Source: Callorhinchus milii | Lineage: Eukaryota | Reading direction: 5' to 3' | NCBI RefSeq assembly: GCF_018977255.1 | Contig: NW_024704742.1 | Location: forward strand, 15,130,001-15,194,000 | DNA length: 64,000 nucleotides | The notes under the pieces: model-generated | Seen by the model: the letters and a program-made list of their open reading frames with translations, nothing else | The model's database searches: none | What the model was told of the DNA's origin: nothing | Shown here: positions 1 through 13,512 of the stretch, one piece after another | Layout of the letters: every line of letters begins with the position of its first letter | Position numbering within the stretch: the stretch's first letter is position 1 | Program-made: the position numbers and the translations under genes

Positions 1-2852
1 TTCCAGTTGCTGGCCAGTATACAGTATACTCTACACACCTATGTATTTGTGACTGCTGCGGTGATTCCCAAACCTGCACCTTATCTCGCTGTCATCATCT
101 GTCTCTTACCTGTGAACTAATTGGCTGCCTGATAATTGCAGGAAAGTGATCCAACCGCATTTGATCAGTACACTGGAATGCAAAACACCAAAGAGATTAT
201 AGACAGTAGCTAGAGAGCGTGGGAGGCATCTCAAGAAGATGCTCTTGAAGCAGAGTTAAGTATTTTTAAGTGCTTTTAATTGAATTATGTGAAATGCAGT
301 CAGAATTCTGGCCCTTAATGGATAATTTTAATCGGGAAATACATAGAGCATACCACAGGAGTGTTGTAGCTTACCTAAACATATATGGAGAGGAGAGTTC
401 ATAAATATTGTTTTGTATGATACTCACAATGATAATTTATATCTCACTTCGTACCATGAAATTTATCTCATTCGCTTGCTTCTGCGACTTAGTTATTGAC
501 AGTTTTGGAAAAATACTATATTAACCTCAGAACTACCATTGCAAAATCACAAGATTGGCTTGGATGAAAAAGATCCTTCTGCCTCAGGCTCCCAGAACAC
601 CCACCTTATTGTTCCCTCATCACATCTCCTCTGAATTGTCTCTCTCAAGACTGAAGAATGCTAGCATGTTATTTAGGAGAGGGGATTCAGAGGGATGAAA
701 GCTCATAATGAGTATAAACTCCAGCATGGACTAGAGGGGCTGATTAGCTTGTTTCTGTACTGGTTGCTGTACTTTCTCAGTACATTCTCAGCAATTCTTT
801 GCAATTCTGCATCCCATTTTCCATCCTGGAGGTGCGACCAACCTTTGTTTGTGAAAAAAACAGTTGTCTGAAAATGGCATTAAAATATGTTGATGAAATG
901 AGAAACTGCAGATTTGCATAGCTATTTATTTCGCATCTGCACATAACATAAATGTGAGATTTAAATCCTTTTAAAATTAGATTATAAACTACATATATCA
1001 AATGTACAAAGTACAAATAAGCAGCTTCAAGCTGTTGCCCATAAAACACAATACATTTTAGGAAGGGGAGGGTGGAGTAAACAGCATAAGATTCAGATGT
1101 GTTGATTCCACAGGGAGATGGATGAAGTTTCTGCTGATATTTACATGAAAGTATCCCCGCTAGGAAGCCCACAAAGTGAAATTTATGATTCAGTCCTTTA
1201 TCTTCTGAACAACCATCCAGCAGTTAATTTATTTACATCGACATCCTGCCTGGTTCAGAATTTGGCACAGCAATATAATGTGGACATATCTAGGAACTTG
1301 ATACCTAGATCTGTGATGCTATTAACATTGCATTTCACCGACAACACATTCCTGGAATGAAGATCTTCTCTATTAACGTTAACTTGTACATTCTTGGCAA
1401 GTATAGAGATAGTGCCTCGGCCAAAACATTACGGGAATCATCAACAACAAGATGTTGTTGGGCGAATCTCAGGAAAACTAATGGTTTGCTCCACACAAAA
1501 TGTTATTTTGTGAACTTGCTTCCGAGGCATTTGACTGACAGCTCCCAGCTGTTTTGGGGGGAGAGCAGGGGCAGGTGGCAATGAAGATGAGCACAGCAGT
1601 TATCATCGCACATGTTGGCTGAGCTTGTGTTTGACACATTAGACATTATTTTAACTGATGTCACAAGCACATGGCGTTTCTTATTAAATTAAAATCTCCT
1701 AAAACAGCGGGAGTCAGTCCAAATTGTAGCATAAATGCTACATTTCCAAATCCTGACGGGAATAACTGACATGAAAATTCAGGATAACCATCTATTATGT
1801 GGTCTGCCTGAGTACTTGTTCAATGGCAGAGCGGAATAAATGATGAGACAGACGAGAGAGACTTGTATAAAATTGTAATCTGCATTTGTTAAGGCACAAA
1901 AGGTCACCAGCAAACACAAAAATTATTCTACTGCTTTTTACTATGTTTATATCATTTGTTTCTGTGTGCTTGTGGTTCTAAGCTTCTAACTGATTTATTT
2001 TTATTTTTAGAATTTTTTATCATAAAAAAGGTGCAGAATTGCGATAAATTATTTATCTTAGTCTGAATTTGGAAGACAGTTCTTTTTAAGAACTGAGTGA
2101 GGTGGGGGAGATGGCTTCCAATTTCAGATTGAATTTAAGAATTGTCCAAACTTTAGTGCAAGCTTATTAAAAAATATATTTTCTAATAATAATTTCAAAA
2201 TTTTAAGAGAAAATGATCTTGCAGACCAAGACTCGATGAACATTTGGTCTATTGCCAGATTGACTAAAATAGAACAAAAACTGCAGTGCCTACCTAACCT
2301 TTAGGACACCACTAGTGGGCCTGCTTTCTAAGTACTGGTGAACCATCCTTGGTAGAAACCCAGCAGCCACATGAAACACAAGGGGGGAGAAATCCTGCTA
2401 AATGCAGAAATGTCTAATGACTAAAACAGTGAACTAATAGTGAACTATCAATGTGTTGAAATGATGAGGTGAATGGTATAAATCACATCATCAGGACAGG
2501 TTGAGAAGCAGGTAGTCTCCTTGGGTTCTAAGACAGTGGCATCCAAATCTCAATTTACTTGCAGCATCCTTATGTGACTCCACAACTCTGTGACAGCGAC
2601 ACATCTTTTCCCAAATCATATTTCTTGATTTCTGGTTCTGTGCTGAGCTAGTTGAAGTTGGAGCTTATTTTGCTGTTCTTGTTTCTTCGATAGCTCTTAG
2701 ATATATTTGTGTTCAAAACTCTGCTTGGTGATAAACGTATTGTACCCACTCTGGAGATTCTCAATGTTAGGGGTCTGGGTTGTCATAATCTGTACGATTG
2801 ACAGAGCAAGTTTCTCGGGCCAAGTGACCTCCTCCTGATCCTATGATAATGT

Positions 2853-3070
2853 AATAATAATAATAATAATAATCCTTGCATTTGATATAGCGCTTTTCAC
2901 GTTGGGAGGACGTCCCAAAGCGCTTCACAGAACACACTGTAAAGTGAATTGACTATATATTTGTGGGCAAACGCGGCAGCCAATTGCGCACAGCAATGTC
3001 CCACAAACAGTCATAGATTGAAAATGACCAATTTATTATTGTTTTGTTTTTTGGAGGGATTATTATTAGG
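2853..3070 (-). mobile_element. tRNA-Ala-headed SINE, 5'-truncated (body, L2-like tail, (TTA)n)
   Basis: Near-identical to the 3' 220 bp of full copies at 29407-29735 and 46982-47308; (taa)n tail on + strand; candidate TSD ataatgtaa at 2846-2854 and 3138-3146. Confidence 0.9.
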
Positions 3071-3671
3071 CTCCTAATAATAATAATATATTATAATAAT
3101 TATAATAATTATAATTATAATAATTAGGCTCCTAATAATAATGTAACTCCTTATGCTAGTTGTTCATGACCACATTTAGGGCAGCTGCATGTGTTAGTAT
3201 ATGGTTAACTCAACTCATAAATTTTGTACGTAGGTGATTATCGCAACTTCGTATTCAAGATCATTTTGTCAGTCTGACCTATTTCACCAATCATATCAGA
3301 CCATAAGATGATACATTCATGCCAGGGATGGAGTGTGGGTCTCTGGCACACCCAGCTGTCTGGAAAGCAGTTTATAGAAGATACTATCATTGGGAACAAC
3401 CTGGAGAATTTTTGAAATGAGTAAAACTACAAGAGTACATAGGAAAGGTCATGTAGACTTTGGTAGACCAGAGTCTGAGAAGAAACAAATATCCCTGTTT
3501 CAGAGATTAAACCATCTCCCAAATGAATATCTCCATTTTTGTACATTAGAAGGACTTTAAAGGGTGTGGAGATAAAGCAGGGAGCTGGGATTAGGGTATA
3601 ATAATCCTTTGAGTGCTCTGGGATACTACCCCATGGGAAGGGCACTATACATATGCAAGTTGTTCTTGTTG

Positions 3672-4012
3672 CAATAATAATATTCCTTGCATTTGATATA
3701 GCATTATATCTTGTTATTGAAAGTTTCAACGTTTATCACGGGATTTACTGTAAAGTGTAGAAATTATGTATATGTAGGCAAGCGTGGCAGCCAATTTGTG
3801 CAAAGAAATTAACCCTCAAAGAGCAATGGAGTGATCACTTTTATCTGGAGAATTGTTGGCTAGGACATTGGGAAAAATTCCCTTCTCTTTTTTGAATAGT
3901 ACCATGGGATCTTTAACATCCACCTGAACTGACAGCATTGACCTTGGTTTAATGTCTCATCTGAAGGATGGCACCTCTGACAATGCAGCACTCCCCCAGT
4001 ACTACATTGGAT
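3672..4012 (-). mobile_element. Older Deu-domain/SacSINE1-like SINE, diverged
   Basis: Contains family blocks ggcagccaatttgtgca, ccatgggatctttaacatccacctgaac and ttggtttaatgtctcatctgaaggatggcacc that recur many times in the window. Confidence 0.8.
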
Positions 4013-4557
4013 GGTGGGTAGAATTTGGATTAGAGTAGATAGCTTTCTTTATTAGAAGAGCAAATACTGATGGTCAAATGGCCCCTAGCTGTTTCATAGA
4101 TGTCAATGATTCTAGCTTCATGATCAAGACCTCAGGAAATGGGTTTCTTCAATGCTAACTCTGCCCTAAAATGTAACATACAGAGGAAAGCAATCGACAT
4201 GAGGCCAGCAAAACACTTTAAATAACCTAAAGAGTATCTATGTAACTGCATCATTCTGAAATAATTACAATATCTGCCATGAGGATGACCATCCAAGGAG
4301 CCACTGAAGTCCCGAAATATCAGAGAAACTTTCCATTACAAATACAACCCAGAAGTCAGGACTGGACCTTCTTGGAGGGAGGATGCAGCTGTTTGTAATG
4401 GAAGCTTTCTGTGACCTTGTGGGACAAGTGATGTGTGTTCTGACAGTTCACTGGTAGCTACAAGCGGATACCAACCACAAGTGTCCTATGACCTTAACAG
4501 GGAACTTTAGGAGATAGAAAATTGCAAATCAGACCAGACGCCTGTTCCTGATCTCAG

Positions 4558-5000
4558 CAACAACAACAACAACAAGATTCCATTTATTGAGCGCCTTTCA
4601 CGTCGGGAGGACGTCCCAAGACGCTGTACAGTTGGGTCAGGACCCGAGCAAGGGGGAAATGGTCAGGGTGAGGGGAGGGAAGGGAGGGAGCAAGGAGGGG
4701 GTAGAGAGTCGAGAGGGGAGCTGAAGGCACGGTCAAAGAGAAAGGTCTTGAGACCGGCCTTGAAGGAGGAAAGGGAGGAAGCAAGGCGAAGGCACTGGGG
4801 GATGGAGTTCCAGAGCCTAGGGGCTGAGAGGCTGAAGGCCCGGCCACCGATGGTAGGGCAGTTGGGGCGGGGGATGTGGAGCAGACCGGAGCCAGAGGAC
4901 GGAGGGTACAGGCAGGTAGGTAGGGGGATAGTAGGTCGGAGAGGTAGGAGGGAGCAAGGCCGTGAATGGCCTTGTAGGTGAGGGTGAGGATCTTGAATTC
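4558..5000 (-). mobile_element. L2-clade LINE 3' fragment (end of ORF2 plus 3' UTR, (TTG)n tail)
   Basis: ORF 4663-5028 gives GGRAFSLSAPRLWNSIP..SLSSFKAGLKTFLF, the typical L2 ORF2 C-terminus; (caa)n at 4558; candidate TSD tctcag. Confidence 0.92.
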
Positions 5001-5018
5001 TCAGGGAGTCCTGATCAC

Positions 5019-5175
5019 CTAGAATCATAGAATTTTACAGTACAGAAGGAGGCCATTTGGCCCATCTGTGCCAGCTCTTTGAAAGAGTGACCAACTAGTC
5101 CCACTTCCCTGCTCTTACCCATAGTCCTGCAAATGTTTCCTTTTTAAGTACTAATCTATTTCCCTTTTGAAAGCT
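5019..5175 (-). mobile_element. CR1-clade LINE 3' end
   Basis: tagaatcatagaa is the reverse complement of the CR1 (ttctatga)n-type tail; followed by ggccatttggcccatc; similar to 60575-60864. Confidence 0.75.
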
Positions 5176-5379
5176 ATTGTCACATATTTTAACGTTCCTC
5201 ACTGAAAGCCATTGCAGGTCTAGATGTATCTTGATGTTCCACCATTAAGGGCTGTTACTGATTCCTTTGATACCCTCTTAGAACACTTAGGACAATCTAA
5301 ATCTTCCCAGTTGAAGACGTCAGCTTCCACCTGTGATACATCTGTGCCAAGAGGAACTAGACAGCATCTCCCAGGCATA

Positions 5380-5585
5380 CAACAACAACTTGCATTTATA
5401 CAGCGCCGCTCACGCTGGATAGCGTCCTAGAGTGCTTGACAGTGGGAGAGCACAATGCCGAGCCGGGGAGGACGGAGGTGACTTTAAGCATGGTCGAAGA
5501 GGAAGGTCTTCAGGTGCAACCTAAAAATGGAGAAGGAGGGAGATAGAGAGAAAGTGTGCCAGAGTTTCGGGGCATAGTGGCATAG
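5380..5585 (-). mobile_element. L2-clade LINE 3' end, diverged
   Basis: caacaacaacttgcatttatacagcgcc tail and similarity to 15454-15856. Confidence 0.7.
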
Positions 5586-5714
5586 GGTGAAACAAAGTGT
5601 ACCATCTTTATATACTTTATATACTTTATATACCTAACAGTATACCTAGAGTTTTCCACTCATTTCAATACTATAATTGATATTAGAACCATTACTTTTC
5701 CTTTAGCCTCAATG

Positions 5715-5985
5715 TTAAATCAAGTACTGTCTGCCTGTTCAGGTGAACAATAAAGATCTCATGGCATCCCATAATTGAAAAAAGAAAGGAGTTGCTCCCT
5801 GTGTCTTGGCCAACAATCCACTAGATAAAATTGGTAATTAACTTCACAGCTATTTGTGAGATGTAGCTGTGTGCAAATTGATTGCTATGTTTGCCAACAA
5901 ATAAACAGTCACTGTTCATTACAGAAATTCTCTGTGAAATGCTTTGAGATATTTCAATGTTGTCGGGGCTTTATAAAAATGGAAG
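5715..5985 (+). mobile_element. Older Deu-domain/SacSINE1-like SINE fragment
   Basis: ctgttcaggtgaacaataaagatctcatggca...gctgtgtgcaaattgattgc...gtgaaatgctttgagat. Confidence 0.7.
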
Positions 5986-7144
5986 TGTCAACAATGTTAC
6001 ATCATAAAAACTGCTGCATTTGTTCCACACTAGGCACTGAAAACAGCAACTTAAGCTTTGGGAATTGTTGACAATGTAACGTGGGGGTGGGGAAAGAACA
6101 AGCATTGTGACGGGGGACAAATTTTAATATCCAGTCATCATTCTCATTTTGAGCTTTATTGGTTCTAATTGAAAGTGCTCTGGATGTTCTGACGTTTTTT
6201 CAGATGTAGTTCTGGATCCTGTGTGAGTCAGGCAGATGCAACTCCAGCTTTTGCAATATTGAAATATGCTGTTCAACATCAAATAAAAATTTGCTTCACA
6301 TTCCTGAATCTCCACATGTGCACAATTGCACCCTTCTGACACCTTGAAAAAGTTTCGCCAGTGCAGACAGGTCGTTCCGGTTCATTCTGCAGAAATCTGA
6401 ATTTTATGATTTCCAAACAAACTCAGCAAAGGCTTGTCTGCCAATTTCCCATTGATGGGGATGCTGGGCCAAGCAGTAAAACTTCTCCTGACTGCTCCAC
6501 TGCCAGGAATGAGCAGGAAGTTATACTTGGAGCAAAGGCTAAGCAAAAGAATATCAGCCTTCCACACCTAGCCTCAAAAGTGTTAAGAAAATAACCGAGT
6601 CAAATTATGGGACGATTTTTAAAAAATAATCCCTTGAATATAATTTCTTGGCAAATGCAAGATGCTATTTTCCAATTGAACTTTACAGGATAAGGACTTG
6701 TGCAAACAAGTTAACGGGAGTTATTCTCCATTTGTTGGTAAATTTGCTCATTATGTGGGATCTTGACTATGCAGACTCATACTACAAATGAGTATCGTAA
6801 TAAGCAGACATGAGCCGACAAGGTTAATAAATTTACTGATGAGAGGAAAGGAATCGCAATTAAAAAACAGAACTGACTCAAAACAGGACAAGTCCATTTT
6901 AAATCACTTTGTTAGAGTGTGAGTCCTCTTTTAACACTGGTGTCCTGGGGCCCTGCAGTTAACAAAGGTGTGGTATACGTCTGGTTTCCAGCACAGACCA
7001 GCACATGCATAAGAGGCACTGCCAATGTCACTTCTTGTGCTTTCCACATGTATACTATACTTTGCAAAGGAAGATAAATAAATGGTGCAATTGCTTTGAA
7101 ATCCTCATTCAAGACTATTTTGTCTTAAAATTTATGACTATCCT

Positions 7145-7400
7145 CTGGTGGGGAAGGTGCGAGTGGAGGTAAGCGGGTTTTCCTTGGAGCTAGCTGGTTC
7201 CAATGTGTTGTGCTTTGCAATGAAATATCAGAATCAAGTCAGCCCTCTGTTGCAGTCTCACTAGTCCAATTTCTGAGACAGGCGGGTTAGCAATACTGCA
7301 GGGCATTGCTGATGACAACCAAACCAGCCTGGCTCATCGGCAGGACTTGGAAGGGCAGACCAGTCACTGGGGGCAGAGATTCTTCCCAATCATCTAAGCC
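7145..7400 (-). repeat. Unclassified interspersed repeat (family X), 3' part
   Basis: Reverse complement aligns with 59860-60055 and 60270-60300 (ccccagtgactggtctg..ccaggctgg..ctgcagta..ttgattctga..gctccaagga). Confidence 0.8.
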
Positions 7401-7683
7401 CTATATTCTTCATGTGTGCGGCTACACTCTTCATGAGAGCAAACTGACATTCGCTGTCCAGTTTTTCTCCTGAAAACTGCCTAGCAGCGAAGTACTGGAG
7501 GCCTCCTGTGACACCCACAAACTGTAAGATTTCCAGCCTCAGTAAAGGAGAAGTAAAGGAAAGGAGAAAATCACAAAGAACAATAAAGGAGAAAAATAAT
7601 TTATTCTATGCATCTCAAACTAGCAAGGCTAACAATACCTGGCTGGATGAAACACAACAACAGTATTTAAATGGCTTTTTTCG

Positions 7684-7786
7684 TTTTTAGGGACAGATGG
7701 GTCCCTATAAATCTATCCCTATAAAGACAAATATAGGAACTGTCTTTCTAGGGACAGAATTATAGGGATTCATCTGTCCCTATAAA
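7684..7786. repeat. Palindromic hairpin (42-bp arms, 11-nt loop), MITE-like
   Basis: 7688-7729 versus reverse complement of 7741-7782: about 5 mismatches in 42. Confidence 0.85.
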
Positions 7787-8361
7787 TTTACTTTCTAGGC
7801 ATTCCTATGAAAGCTCAGAAATCACAGGGAAGCCTACATCGTTAAAGTTTCATTCACACAAATTGTTGAGAAAATAGAATCACCCAATCTCAAGTTCAAA
7901 CCTTGTCTAAACATTTGCCAAGGACAAAAAGAGAGGACATTTTCAGCGACATATGTTTTCAACTAAACACTGATCATCAGACTGTGCTGTCTCATAATAC
8001 GCAAAATGCTGGAATTAGCCCCAGTAAAAAAACACTTTGTTTACCCTAAAAATGCTACAGAGGTGTTTGTTGGTGGTACAGTACTTCACGCTAATTAATT
8101 TCAGGGTCTCAGTGACCAAATTAAATGTCAACCATGGATTTGTATTTACAGCAAGTTACCACTTTCCATGAGGTTGAGAGAAATCCAATGCCCTCATGCC
8201 ATTGATAAATCATGGGTATAGTGAATGTCAATGGAGAATTAGTCAAAACACAGTTTTGAAAAACCTTGATGCAGGCATGAAAGCTCCTTCAAAGTAATAT
8301 TAGGAATCTTTGCTTAACTCTCACTAGAGTCTCAGTGGACTAATTTCAATTCATGTTATGA

Positions 8362-8750
8362 TAATAATCCTTGCATTTGAAATAGCACCTTTCACATCAG
8401 GACAAAGTCTCAAAGCACTTCATAGGATTTAATGTGAAGTGTACAGGCTGTGTATTTTGTAGGTGAACATGCAGCCAATTTGCACACAGCAACATCCCAC
8501 AAACAGCCATGAAATGAATGACCAATTTTATCTGGGGGATTCTTGACCAGGACACCAGGAGAAACTACTTTCTCTTTATGAATAGTGTCATGGGATCTTT
8601 AAGACCACCTGAACAGGCAGACAGGACCTTGGTTTAATGGCTCATCTGAATGTTGGCATCTCCAACAGTGAGGTGGACTGAGTCCAAAGTCACAAAGTGG
8701 GGCTTGAACCCATAACTTTCTGACTCGTGGGAGAGAGTGTTACTAACTGA
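8362..8750 (-). mobile_element. Older Deu-domain/SacSINE1-like SINE, near full length
   Basis: Tail aatccttgcatttga, central block, and tRNA-like head complement ggggcttgaacccataactttctgactc..gagagtgttactaactga. Confidence 0.82.
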
Positions 8751-9412
8751 CTGCTGGGAAATGAGAAAAGACTATTTAGCTCATGACGTTTGTTTTGCCT
8801 GGACAAGGGTTGTTACTATAACTTATATTACTGTATAAATACTTAAAACAGCCAAAAATCCCATAATTTGTAACAGCAATAAGAATGTTTCTGTCTCACT
8901 GTATAGCTTTATAGTTCAATTACACATTGAGTGCTCAGACAACAGATTAATGATTCCTACACTCAGGTTTACAAATGGGAATTTATTTATTGCTCATCTG
9001 AATGAAAACTAACACCTCACTGTTCACCATGTCCTGGAGCTCAGCCAGGGTAAACGTTATTTCAAGAAATCTTAGTTTTGAAAGCTGCTTAAAGTTAGGC
9101 ACTACAGTATTTTGTGCAGGGAGGTGGTAAAATAAAGTTTGGATCTTCCCAGAGTTGGTGAAAATTGATGCTTTTTGTGTCACCAGTGGAATATAAATTC
9201 CACTTAAGTTTTTATAAAAAGCAGTGATGCATGCTGAAGAATTTACCCCTTTGTAGACTTTGGAGTCAATGTGAATTTTTCAAAGGTTTGTTTCTTGATA
9301 ATTTTTCTCCACTACTTTCCTCCCTTTCCCTCCTTTCCTGAAATCACTGACTTTCTGCCCATTTATTCCAAGCATGCCTCCCACAAGTGGCAATTCCTCA
9401 AATGTGACCTTG

Positions 9413-9605
9413 ACAGTGAGTGTTGGCAGGTTATTCATCCGATATCCAACATGACTCTCTGGATAGCGATCAGGTACAAGAACCCTGGATAATTTTCCCT
9501 TCCTTTCCCTTGGGTCAATTGGGTCCTCTCACTGGGATCAGCTTACTCAGGACAGACTAGAATTTGATTCTTGAAACTTTCTGGTATGAATGACCTAGTT
9601 TACAC
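9413..9605 (-). mobile_element. Third tRNA-SINE-like family (cctgatcgctatccag core), diverged
   Basis: Reverse complement ccagggttcttgtacctgatcgctatccag..cctgccaacactcactgtc resembles 44590-44850 and 55234-55395. Confidence 0.55.
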
Positions 9606-11709
9606 CTTTACTCCAAGGTGGGCTAATGGAAGAGTTTGTATGCCATTATTTGAATACATATGTTGCCATTGATTGCCTGCCTGATGACTATAATATAATG
9701 ATAAAGTGCCTTTCGGGCCAAGAAGATGTCCCAAAGAGCTTTGTAGGATTCACTGTAAGGTGTAGTGATCGATTTGCACACAATCATGTTTTAAATCCCT
9801 CATTTTAAAATGTTGTTCAGGCCACTGGGAGAAACTTCCTACTCCACACAACAATAACAACTTGCACTTATATCGCGCCATCCACATAGGGTAGTGTTTC
9901 AGAGTGCTTAAACATTGGTCTGTGATTTGTTTCATATCAGATCATTACATGTCTTCAACAACAACTACAAAATTGCATTTGTATAGCACCTTTCACAAAG
10001 CTTCCCTAAAAAATATTCCATAGCCACTCTTACAAATAGATCCACCAGAATTCTATAATAATAACTTTATTTGCCAACACATATGTAATGTAAATCCTAC
10101 AATGTTTCCTTTCTTAATATGCCCAAAAGACAGCCTACCCAGTTCCATCAAAGGGAATGTAATGTTTTTTAAGAAAAAAAATCCAGACCCTCTATACTTG
10201 GTTTTAATTGACTTCTGACTGAGCACTAAATGTGGTCAGTGTTTGTTGCTGTTAGCTTTAGGTTAGTAATTAAACATCAGAAGCGTGCAGTTTCTCTGAA
10301 AAGCAACTAACATCACTTTTCACTGCTGATTGGAACTGTGAGGAGGAGCGAGGGGTAGCACATCAACCCATAGTCTTGTTGCTGTGCCCACATGTATAAA
10401 TGAAAGTCAGGCCTTTTAGTAACCCAGAACCCAGAGTATCTGTGCCTGTAAACCATTGTGGTTGAAGAGGTCCACACATGGTGAAGGACAGTGATGTGGT
10501 GTGAGGTAAATCATTTGCACATCTACACTCCCACTATGTTAACACAAAAGTAAGATATACATATGAACCGACAATGAGGGCATAAATACTTGATGTTTCC
10601 AAAATACCTCAACTTAATGTGATGCCAATAATGTAATGCGATCCCAATCTGCGTGATTCTGAAAGATTGAAGCCAATGTCAAAGCTTTTGTTTGTTCCAG
10701 CAGTGAACAAAATGTGCATTATGTAAATCAAAATGTTAAGCTTATGAAACATAGAGCAAGATGCTCTTGAAGCTGTTTGGGCAATTACCATCCAAACAAT
10801 CATGTAATTTGACATCTAATGCATTTTCTACTGTAAAGTTTCCAGCACGTACAATATAAGTTAAAAAGCAATGAATCAAGCAGAATGAGACAAATGTAAC
10901 AGTGTCCTGTTGGAAATGATACGCTTGACCTTTGTTAATGAATCTGACTGTACCATAGGAGCTGAAAAAAGTCTTTGGGTGTAACTACTAAAGTTACTAT
11001 AGACCAGCTATAGATAGGTCGTACTTTCCCCTCTTACAGTGAAGTACTGTATGAAAAATAACTCTTAAGCACAAACAGATTTTGTATGTACTTTTTTTCT
11101 CAAATTGCACATGTACTTCATCATAATGGCAACTGTACAATAAAAGTGTTTGTGTGTGTGTGTAGGTTTCCCCCTAGGGCTTCTGGAGTTAGTAAGTGGA
11201 AGGGGCTGACTGATGGCGTTTTTAATTTTTTTCATTGGTTTTATGTTTTGACTAATCTTTATGAAGACAATTTTATAGCTTTTACAAGTTAAGTTGGCAA
11301 GAGCTTTGTTGAAATCTGATTATTTAAGTTGAAAAATTTAGATTTTGAATATTAGTTAAACTATGAGAGCCTAAGGTCTAGTGGACGGATTGAATCTTTG
11401 AGTCTCAGGGGGAGAGTCTCCACTGTTGGTATCTATTTCCTTGGTGTTCAGAGTGCAGCTATGCATCTATTTATTTCTCAGTGTGAGTATGGGATGAATT
11501 TGTATCCCAGAAATCACCACACAGAAGGAGACCATTCAGACTATCAGGTTTATCCTTGTGATAGCTTTTCCACTGGAGCTTTACACAGTGATTCTGATTA
11601 CCTCCTTCCTTCCCATACTCTGTTATTGAGCTTCTATTGAAATATTTAAACCAATTCTCTTTTACAAGTTGTTATGGTCTTTGCTCTAAAAACATGTGTT
11701 AAAAAGGAC

Positions 11710-11832
11710 TTCATGTTCTGATAACCCTAGAATTTCCATGAATAGGTGGGATGCATGGAATTCTCAATTTGGTTTAAATATTCTTAACCATGGTCATGGC
11801 TTTCTGCATGTGTCAGATACCTGGCTGATGAA
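11710..11832 (-). repeat. Unclassified interspersed repeat (family X), 5' part
   Basis: Reverse complement atcagccaggtatctgacac..aaaccaaattgagaatt..catggaaattctag matches 59485-59610. Confidence 0.75.
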
Positions 11833-13384
11833 AGCAAATCCTGACTCTGCTCTTTATTATCAATTGACCAAAATGACAATTTCTTCAGCAAATCTAAGAA
11901 GGCTATGTGTATAATGTTCATCACTCCACTGCTCCAGAAAGGCTCAATGCTAAATTCTCTCTTGCATCTCAAATTTAGGATAAGGAACTGCAGTGAAGTG
12001 ATCCAAATCTAAACCCGAGCTCCTAAAACCTCCAAGCAATACTCCAAATAGAAAATGATTTTAACCATTCAAGTTAAGCTTAAGCCTTTGTGGATTTTTT
12101 TTTATTGCATTTTAATCATTAATTAATATACCACTTGCTTAATGTTTACCATTGTAAATGCTGTATTTGTGACACTGGTCACGGTGGTTCTTCTAAAATA
12201 GTATTGTAAACCCAGCTCTTACTGTTGCTGTTCAAATCTCTCCAAGCTTTAGATGAGGCTTGTTTATTTGATTCACTGGTACAAGAACTCAATGTGTGTT
12301 AATGTGATCTCACAAGAGAAAAGCCACAATAACTCACCTTCCCTGATGAAAATGGCCAAGAATTTCTCCAATGAAAAGAAAAGTCAAGTTCAACTTCCAC
12401 AGAAAATGCTGGATTGTAAGAAGTCACAATAATGTGGTGTAAGGCTCCCTGAAGGCTTACTAACTGCTAAGTTAATACCAGAGAGAGAGAGAGACACACA
12501 CATACATACAAAGGACTACACTGGACCAGCTTGTTAATGAGGTACTTCCTGTACTTTGAGCTGTGAATTGTATCATGTATAGCTTTAGATTTATGAGATT
12601 ACAATGATTGATAAAATGAGACAACCTGTCAATCATCACATCTGATGGTTGGTCAGAGAAGGTTACGTAATACCCATGATAATTCCATTTACAGTCCCCC
12701 CCTCCCCCACCTCACTTTTGAAGCTGTTTCAGTGTGAGGAATGCGTTTCCATGAGCAAAAGTTTAAGTCAGGCCCAGTGAAACATATAATATGGGAACAT
12801 AGGAATGTACAGAGCCAGAAAAGGCAATTGTGGTCCATCTGGTTGGTCCCAAAGTCAAAAAAAATATATATAGTGAGCTGGGACTTGCTTCAAAGGTTCA
12901 CAGAAACAGATTTTCTTTGTTAAATCCAAAATATTGAGTCTTAAATGAGCAGAGTGCCACTTGACAGGAGAGTAATACTGGTGGACCTCTAATACAATGC
13001 ATATTCTTCACATCTCCCTCAGTAATACCCACTCAGACATCCTTATTATAATGTTGGTTGTACAGGAATCCTGAAGATTGCAATATAAAAGGCCAGGGCC
13101 CATTCCACAATTAATATTCTCATGGAAATAAATATGTATTAAGAATGGCTGTTTTATGCATAAACATACCATTCATACAGACATAAGCCACTGTCTTTGG
13201 AGCACAGCTGTCTGTCACAGTGATGACTGTCAAAAGCAATAGTTTTACTGGGGCAGAAACATCAAAAAGTACAAAGGAAGCTCTTAACCACATGATCTAA
13301 GCACTTTAATATAAAAAACAAAAATATTGAGATTGTGTTTATTATTCAAGAACAGCCAATTAACAAAGAAACTTGATTCTGGCA

Positions 13385-13512
13385 GGAATTTGCAAGGATA
13401 TGGGAAAAAAGCAGGAAAGTGGGACTGATTGGGTAACTCTTCCAAAGAGCCAACACAAGCATAATTAGCTGAATAATTGGCCTCCTTCTGTTCTGTAATA
13501 TTCTATGATTCT
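13385..13512 (+). mobile_element. CR1-clade LINE 3' end, diverged
   Basis: ggatatgggaaaaaagcaggaaagtggg..ggcctccttctgttctgtaatattctatgattcta. Confidence 0.7.

Noticed and set aside
777..1360. ORFs of 131 and 80 aa
   Set aside because: No recognisable domain or exon structure; composition is typical of translated non-coding DNA
12332..12480. Strong minus-strand donor (AAG/gtgagt), and an acceptor-like site near 22615
   Set aside because: Isolated sites with no linked reading frame; cannot be supported without RNA data
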